Source: Longimicrobiales bacterium (GTDB lineage Bacteria; Gemmatimonadota; Gemmatimonadetes; Longimicrobiales; Gaopeijiaceae). Taken from it: DNA of 64,000 nucleotides. The notes beneath the pieces were generated by a model that worked only from the letters and a program-made list of their open reading frames with translations, searched no databases and was not told the DNA's origin. Made by a program: the position numbers and the translations under genes. The DNA lies in assembly GCA_965204735.1 (NCBI GenBank), contig OZ242008.1, positions 288,001-352,000 on the forward strand, read 5' to 3'. Every line of letters starts with the position of its first letter. Positions within the stretch are counted from its first letter, which is position 1. Positions 58,410-64,000 of the stretch are shown here, piece after piece.

Positions 58410-59313
58410 GATCAGCAAAGCTAAGCGGAGGACGGTCGAGCTGTTGGCTCGAAGCCGCCACCGAGCGCGGAAGCGGATGACGGTGGTGGAAGGTCCGAGA
58501 ACGATCGCGGAGGCGCTGCGCTCGCCGGTGGAGGTCGCGTGGACCGCGATCGGAGAGGAGTACGCGGGAACCCCCGCAGGCTGGGAGATCGCATCCCTCG
58601 GTCGGCAACGGGGCGTGACGACCGTGCTCGCGCCGGACGACCAGGTCCTGGGGATGTGCGCCACCGAGTCGCCCCGCCCCGCGCTGGCCGTCGTCAAGAC
58701 GCCGCCGCTGGAGCCGCGGCCTCTCTTTCCGGGGCGGTACTTGGTCGCCGACGGAGTGCAGGCGCCGGGCAACCTGGGGACCCTTGTGCGGAGCGCCTGG
58801 GCGTTCGGCCTCGACGGAGTCGCGATCGGCCACGGAACCGTGGACCCATGGAACCCCAAGGCAGTCCGGGCTTCGGCCGGAGGAGCCTTCCGCGTCCCTC
58901 TTCTGGGCGTGCCGCCGGGCTTCCCGGCGGAGGGCGAATCGGCGGCGGAGGGCGAATCGGCCACGGAGGCTTCGCCCAGCCTCTTTTACGCCGACCCGGC
59001 GGGCGCCCCCCTGGACGCGACGACGGCCCCGGGGGCGAGCTGGACGTTGGTGGTCGGCAACGAGGCGCGGGGCGTGTCGGAGCGCTGTCGGCGGGTCGGT
59101 CGCGCCGTGGCCGTGCCCCTTGCTTCCGGGGTGGACTCCCTCAACGTGGCGGTGGCCGGGTCGATCCTGATGCACGCCCTCTCGCAGCGGCGAGTCGCGT
59201 CGCCGAGGCGGGCAGGCGCGCCCGTGGATGGGGTTCCTTGCCCGTCTCCGCAAGTCGCGTCGGCGAGGCGGGCAGGCGCGACTTCGTCCCGGGCGTCGGC
59301 GAAGCCGCCGTGA
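58408..59313 (+). CDS. TrmH/SpoU family RNA methyltransferase
   Basis: MISK..VEG, DGVQAPGNLGTLVRSA, VRASAG, VGNEARG, DSLNVAVAG. Confidence 0.93.
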   Translation: MISKAKRRTVELLARSRHRARKRMTVVEGPRTIAEALRSPVEVAWTAIGEEYAGTPAGWEIASLGRQRGVTTVLAPDDQVLGMCATESPRPALAVVKTPPLEPRPLFPGRYLVADGVQAPGNLGTLVRSAWAFGLDGVAIGHGTVDPWNPKAVRASAGGAFRVPLLGVPPGFPAEGESAAEGESATEASPSLFYADPAGAPLDATTAPGASWTLVVGNEARGVSERCRRVGRAVAVPLASGVDSLNVAVAGSILMHALSQRRVASPRRAGAPVDGVPCPSPQVASARRAGATSSRASAKPP

Positions 59314-60080
59314 GCGAAGGCGCCTACGTGGCGGTGGCCGGGGCGCTGGGGCTGTGCGTCGGCTCGTTCCTGAACGTCTGCGTCTTCCGCTGGACGGCGG
59401 GCGAGTCGGCCACCAGCCCCTCGTCGCGTTGCCGAAGCTGCGGCCAGCCCGTCCGCTGGCGCGAGAACGTGCCGGTGGTGGGCTACCTGCTGGTGCGAGG
59501 CAAGTGCCCAAGGTGCGGCGCCCGCGTGAGTCTCCAGTATCCGCTGGCCGAAGCCGCCACGGGGCTGATCTGGGTCGCCGCTGCCCTCCACTGGGGCGTC
59601 CACCCGGAAGCGCTTCGGGGCGCCGTCTTCCTCACCCTCCTCTTGGGGATCGCCCTCGCAGACGCCCGCACCTACCTGATCCCGGACCAGTTCTCCGTGG
59701 GCGGGACGGCCCTTGGCCTGGCTTCGGCGCCTCTTGCCGGCGGGCCGAACGTCATTTCGAGCGCCAGCGGCGCCGTCCTCGGCTTCTGCCTTCTGTGGGG
59801 CGTCGCGTTCGTCGGCAAGCTCGTCTTCAAGAAGCCGGCCATGGGCGGCGGCGACGTGAAGACGATGGCCATGATCGGAGCGTTCCTGGGGCCGGCGGGA
59901 ACGCTGATCGCCCTCTTCGCGGGAGCGCTGGCGGGCGCCGTCGTCTTCGGCCCGGTGTCGCTCCGCTCGGGCAAGCTCGTCCCCTTCGGCGTCTTCCTCG
60001 CCGTGGGAGCGGGCGCGACCTACGCCTGGGGCGATCGGATCGCGGGCTGGTACATGGGCCTGCTCCTCGGGCCGGCTTGA
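59310..60080 (+). CDS. pilD: Prepilin peptidase (A24)
   Basis: GSFLNVC, two CxxC, YPLAE, D...LIPD, MGGGDVK, PFGVFL. Confidence 0.93.
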   Translation: MSEGAYVAVAGALGLCVGSFLNVCVFRWTAGESATSPSSRCRSCGQPVRWRENVPVVGYLLVRGKCPRCGARVSLQYPLAEAATGLIWVAAALHWGVHPEALRGAVFLTLLLGIALADARTYLIPDQFSVGGTALGLASAPLAGGPNVISSASGAVLGFCLLWGVAFVGKLVFKKPAMGGGDVKTMAMIGAFLGPAGTLIALFAGALAGAVVFGPVSLRSGKLVPFGVFLAVGAGATYAWGDRIAGWYMGLLLGPA

Positions 60081-60173
60081 CAGGCGCCCGAAGCGCGCCC
60101 GCCCACTCGCGTCACGCCTTACCTTGGTGCTGACCCTTCCGGCCGCTGCTTCCTTCCACCACTTCCCTGCCGC

Positions 60174-61772
60174 ATGACCTACGACCACGCCCCCGACATC
60201 CTTGCCGCCCTCGGTCTCGAAGACGCCAACCTGGGAGGCTTCGCCGGCGAGTGGGTCGGCTCCGGCCCCGCCCTGGAGGTCTTCTCGCCGATCGACGGCG
60301 CCCGCATCGCCACGGTCGCGCAACTCTCCGCCGCCGAGTACGACGGCATCGCCGACCGGGCTCGCCAAGCGTTCTTGGCCTGGCGCCGGGTCCCGCCGCC
60401 TCGACGGGGCGAAGTCGTCCGCCGCCTGGGGCTCCGCCTCCGGGAGAAGAAGGAGGCGCTGGGCGCGCTGGTCACGCTGGAGATGGGCAAGATCAGAGCC
60501 GAGGGCGAGGGCGAGGTCCAGGAGATGATCGACGTCTGCGACTTCGCGACCGGCCTTTCCCGTCAGCTCTACGGCCTCACCATGGCCAGCGAGCGACCGG
60601 ACCACCACATGCGCGAGCAGTGGCATCCGCTGGGGGTCGTGGGGGTGATCAGCGCGTTCAACTTTCCGGTGGCCGTGTGGTCGTGGAACGCGGCAGTGGC
60701 GGCCGTCTGCGGAGACGCGACCCTGTGGAAGCCGGCGTCCGGGACGCCGCTCACGGCGATCGCGGTCACCAAGATCGCCGAGGCCGTCTGCCGGGAGAGC
60801 GGCGTGGACCCCGGCATCTTCGCCCTGGCGGTCGGAAAGGGCTCGGTGGTGGGCGAACGACTCCTCCGCGACCGGCGCGTCCCCCTGGTGTCGGCGACGG
60901 GTTCCTGCGCTGTGGGCCGGCGAGTGGCCCAAGTCGTAGGCGAGCGCTTGGGCCGAACGATCCTGGAGCTGGGCGGCAACAACGCGATCGTCGTCACGCC
61001 CCACGCCAACCTGGAGATGGCGGTTCCTTCAATCGTCTTCGGCGCGGTGGGCACCGCCGGCCAGCGTTGCACGAGCACCCGCCGCGTCGTCGTTCACCGG
61101 TCGATCCGCGACGAGCTGGCCGACCGCCTGATCCGCGCCTACCGCAGCGTGCCCATCGGCAACCCGCTGCACGAGGGCGTCCTGATGGGTCCGCTGGTGA
61201 ACCAGCAGGCCGTGGACGATCTGGTCTCTGCGCGCCGCCGCGTCGTCGAGGAGGGCGGCGAAGTCCTCTACGGGGGCGAGCGGCTCGCCGGCGACCGCTA
61301 CCCGGGCGGCCTCTACGTCACCCCGTGCATCGCCGCCGCAGAGAACCACTGGTCAATCGTCCAGGAGGAAACCTTCGCCCCGATCCTCTACCTGATCGAG
61401 TATGGAACCGCCGGCGCCTCTCCTGCCCAGGCGGCCGACGAGATGGAGGAAGCCGTCGCGCTCCACAACGACGTTCCCCAAGGACTTTCGTCGGCGATCT
61501 TCACCGACGACGTAAGGGAGGCGGAGATGTTCCTTTCGCACCGGGGAAGCGACTGCGGAATCGCCAACGTCAACATCGGCACTTCCGGCGCTGAGATCGG
61601 CGGCGCCTTCGGAGGCGAGAAGGAGACCGGAGGCGGCCGAGAGTCCGGTTCCGACGCATGGAAGTCCTACATGCGACGGCAGACCAACACGGTGAACTGG
61701 AGCACCGACCTGCCTCTGGCGCAGGGCATCGAGTTCGGCGTTCCCCAACCCGGGGCTGAACCGCTGGGCTGA
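60174..61772 (+). CDS. Aldehyde dehydrogenase, ALDH7/piperideine-6-carboxylate dehydrogenase-like
   Basis: GEVQEMIDVCDFATGLSRQLYG, AFNFPVAVW, LELGGNN, GQRCT, GAEIGGAFGGEK. Confidence 0.93.
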   Translation: MTYDHAPDILAALGLEDANLGGFAGEWVGSGPALEVFSPIDGARIATVAQLSAAEYDGIADRARQAFLAWRRVPPPRRGEVVRRLGLRLREKKEALGALVTLEMGKIRAEGEGEVQEMIDVCDFATGLSRQLYGLTMASERPDHHMREQWHPLGVVGVISAFNFPVAVWSWNAAVAAVCGDATLWKPASGTPLTAIAVTKIAEAVCRESGVDPGIFALAVGKGSVVGERLLRDRRVPLVSATGSCAVGRRVAQVVGERLGRTILELGGNNAIVVTPHANLEMAVPSIVFGAVGTAGQRCTSTRRVVVHRSIRDELADRLIRAYRSVPIGNPLHEGVLMGPLVNQQAVDDLVSARRRVVEEGGEVLYGGERLAGDRYPGGLYVTPCIAAAENHWSIVQEETFAPILYLIEYGTAGASPAQAADEMEEAVALHNDVPQGLSSAIFTDDVREAEMFLSHRGSDCGIANVNIGTSGAEIGGAFGGEKETGGGRESGSDAWKSYMRRQTNTVNWSTDLPLAQGIEFGVPQPGAEPLG

Positions 61773-61815
61773 CCCGACGCGCGCCCAGCCCGGTGGACCA
61801 GCAGGCTTGATCCCC

Positions 61816-62940
61816 TCAGCCCGAGCAAACCCACGAATTCATAGCAAGCCATTCCAACAGAGCCTCGGCAGCCCACTGATGGCCCTGGGGGTTCCAGTGG
61901 CCGTCTGCTGGGAAGAGGGCGTCGCTTGCTTCTCCACCCTGGCTCAGGATGTGGTCGAGCTGGGTGATGACGGGGATGTTGCGGGGAGCCGCCAACCGTC
62001 TCAACGCCGTCCGCACCCTCCAGTTGCTGAATATGGTGTGCGCCTCCAGGGCGACGAGGTATGCACCGGCGCTGTCGGTTCGCTCCAGCCACTGGTCGAC
62101 GGCAAACTCCGTCGGCTCCATTTGGTTCTTGGGCAGAGGCACGGGAGGCCCATTCTCCTCGATCTGCTTCAGCTGAAGGATGGAGGCATCTGTCCAGCGT
62201 TCCCACAACACGCTGTAGTACTGGTGTCTGAACCAAGAGGACGAGTAGTCGGGAAGTACCCCGGAAACGAACTCCGCCGAGGCCCATAGGACTCCGGTGC
62301 CCTGCTGCGGCCACTTGAACCCTCGCGGCGAGGCAGGGTTGGCGCGTGGGTGGACTACGATCTCGAAGCCGTCGCCGTCATCTCGTCGTTCGGCGGAGAC
62401 GAGGTTCATCGGGTGCGAGTTGTCCATGAAGTCGTTGAAGACGAAGACCAGGACGAGCAGCTTCGGCGGACGGTGTCGTATCCACTTGTCCCACCAAGGC
62501 AGCTGAGCGACTTGGCCAGTGAGGCGGAAGCCGTAGGCCGCCGTGGTGACGTCCAGTTCGGGGAGGCGCTCGGCGGCCATGCGCTCCAGCCGAACGTGGA
62601 ACTTGTCGTCAATTCCGACTTCGGCGGCGTGGACAAAGGAATCTCCGACGATCGCCACGTGGCAGCTTTCCTTGGCGCGCTCCGGGCTGATCGGCTCTCG
62701 GTCGAGGAAGCCGAGGCTGTTGGCCCGCGAGATGTTCCAGAAGTCCGTCTGGTTGGTTGCGTGCACCTTCGAGTAGGGCCTCATGAGCTTTCCCGCTCCA
62801 GGGACCACTACCGTGTTCTCGAGTTGCGTCGAGAACGGTCGAGTCGCCCGCAGGTACGCCTCGCCGCCGGCGACCACCGCCAAGAGAGCTGCCGCGAGGC
62901 CGAGAGCGTTCCAGAGGACGATCCGCCCGAACGCCTTCAC
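61816..62940 (-). CDS. SGNH/GDSL hydrolase-family (AlgX/AlgJ-like) membrane-anchored protein
   Basis: N-terminal TM, NSLGF, VGDSFV, FVFNDF, DGHWNPQGH. Confidence 0.85.
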   Translation of the reverse strand: MKAFGRIVLWNALGLAAALLAVVAGGEAYLRATRPFSTQLENTVVVPGAGKLMRPYSKVHATNQTDFWNISRANSLGFLDREPISPERAKESCHVAIVGDSFVHAAEVGIDDKFHVRLERMAAERLPELDVTTAAYGFRLTGQVAQLPWWDKWIRHRPPKLLVLVFVFNDFMDNSHPMNLVSAERRDDGDGFEIVVHPRANPASPRGFKWPQQGTGVLWASAEFVSGVLPDYSSSWFRHQYYSVLWERWTDASILQLKQIEENGPPVPLPKNQMEPTEFAVDQWLERTDSAGAYLVALEAHTIFSNWRVRTALRRLAAPRNIPVITQLDHILSQGGEASDALFPADGHWNPQGHQWAAEALLEWLAMNSWVCSG

Positions 62941-62952
62941 GACCGCGTCCGC

Positions 62953-63408
62953 TCAGCCACTGGGAGGTCCGCCCAACAGCTGAACCGGGTCCACCTCCCG
63001 GCCCCAGCGCCAGACTTCCAAGTGCAGGTGGGGTCCCGTCACGTTGCCCGATTGGCCCGTCTTGCCGACGACGGTCGCCTTCGACACCTCCTGACCTTCT
63101 GTGACGGCAATTTCGGAGAGGTGGGCGTACAGCGAGAGGAGGGCGTCGCTGTGGTCGATCCAGACGACTTGGCCGTAGCCGCGCATCGTGCCCGCGAACC
63201 GGACTCGGCCGGCCAGCAGGGGCCGCACCGGGGTGCCGACCGCGGCCGCAATGTCCACTCCCCGATGCAGGTCCGGCAGCACGCCGCCCATCATGCGGAG
63301 GCCGTAGGGGGACCGCACGGGACCCTCGACCGGCCACTGGGGCGAAGCGCACCCGGCCGACAGCGCTGCGGCCAACCCCGCGGCCGCCAGCACGTCGCGA
63401 CGCTTCAT
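62953..63408 (-). CDS. M23 family metallopeptidase lipoprotein
   Basis: Lipobox SAGC, HRGVD, YAHL, GPHLHLE. Confidence 0.93.
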   Translation of the reverse strand: MKRRDVLAAAGLAAALSAGCASPQWPVEGPVRSPYGLRMMGGVLPDLHRGVDIAAAVGTPVRPLLAGRVRFAGTMRGYGQVVWIDHSDALLSLYAHLSEIAVTEGQEVSKATVVGKTGQSGNVTGPHLHLEVWRWGREVDPVQLLGGPPSG

Positions 63409-64000
63409 CGCGCGCTGCTCGGCAGGAGGAGCACCGACGCCTCCTCGCCCCGGGCGACGCGGGCGACTCCTGCCGGCACCACCGCGAGGCCGTCCGCGTC
63501 GCGCAAGGAACGGACGAGACCGCTGCCCTGCGGTCCGGTGAGCGAGCACCGCCCGTCGGACGAGAGGCGCACCCGGTAGAAGTGCGTCAGGTCGCGGGAC
63601 GAGGCCAAGTCGGCGTCGGTCCGGGCGGTCGCGCGGAGTCCTGCCGGCCTGGGCGACCCCAGGGCCGCCCGCAGGTAGGGGACCACGAACACGTGAAAGG
63701 TCACGAACGCCGACGCCGGATTGCCCGGAAGGCTGAAGACTGGAAGCTCCCGGTCACCCGCCGGGAGCCGCCCGAACGCAAGGGGACTTCCGGGCCGGAT
63801 GCGGACGCGCCAGAAGTCCAGCCGGAAGGCTTGCTCCAGCATCGCGCGCTTCAGCAGGTCCCGTTCTCCCATGGACGCGCCGCCCGTCGCCACGAGCACG
63901 TCCAGCTGCTCCGCCGCTGCCGCTTTCTCCTGCAGCTCCGCCGGATCGTCGGCCGCATTTCCCAAGTCCACCGCTTCGCCGCCCGCCTCCCGCACCGCCG
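63405..64000 (-). CDS. moeA: Molybdopterin molybdotransferase (partial, 5' end outside the window)
   Basis: TGGASMGERD, IRPGSP, LPGNPAS, QGSG, ADGL. Confidence 0.93.
   Translation of the reverse strand, partial: AVREAGGEAVDLGNAADDPAELQEKAAAAEQLDVLVATGGASMGERDLLKRAMLEQAFRLDFWRVRIRPGSPLAFGRLPAGDRELPVFSLPGNPASAFVTFHVFVVPYLRAALGSPRPAGLRATARTDADLASSRDLTHFYRVRLSSDGRCSLTGPQGSGLVRSLRDADGLAVVPAGVARVARGEEASVLLLPSSAR

Noticed and set aside
60077..60125. TTGACA at the end of the prepilin peptidase as a promoter for the aldehyde dehydrogenase
   Set aside because: No correctly spaced -10 element was found.
1..64000. tRNA, rRNA or riboswitch (for example TPP near thiD or T-box near tyrS)
   Set aside because: No recognisable motifs by eye and almost no leader space. 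An Infernal/Rfam scan would be needed to exclude them fully.

Overview
This is a GC-rich chromosomal window; the gene families suggest Gemmatimonadota, but that assignment is inference. The core content is secreted hydrolases and propellers, a TPR-peptidase/DUF4159/MoxR/DUF58/BatA-VWA/DUF4175 cluster, greA, purEK, an acyl-CoA oxidase-like gene, a menF-D-B-A-E-tyrS operon, a DAACS symporter, thiD, a TrmH-family gene, a prepilin peptidase, an aldehyde dehydrogenase, an M23 peptidase and moeA. Accessory material is interleaved. (i) A tightly coupled four-gene membrane module at 42724-47749 encodes a multi-TM coiled-coil protein, an anchored VWA-like protein, a MotA/ZorA-like protein with a long helical tail, and a MotB-like protein with Glu at the Asp position and no OmpA domain. 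It lies directly downstream of an ABC-ATPase + TOPRIM-like pair and is the best candidate for an undescribed, Zorya-reminiscent system. (ii) A gene missing from the ORF track (<1-950) fuses a nucleoside-deoxyribosyltransferase-like domain, an ATP-cone and a probable DUF2103-like domain. (iii) An intact IS1202-family element carries a 16-bp target duplication and a strongly self-complementary 3' non-coding region. (iv) Also present are an HTH-ImmA/IrrE + DUF4411 pair, a vapBC-like pair, a second ATPase with a truncated partner, a decayed integrase-bearing islet and an intergenic tandem repeat. I saw no rRNA, tRNA or CRISPR array. All domain calls come from motif recognition by eye, not from database searches.
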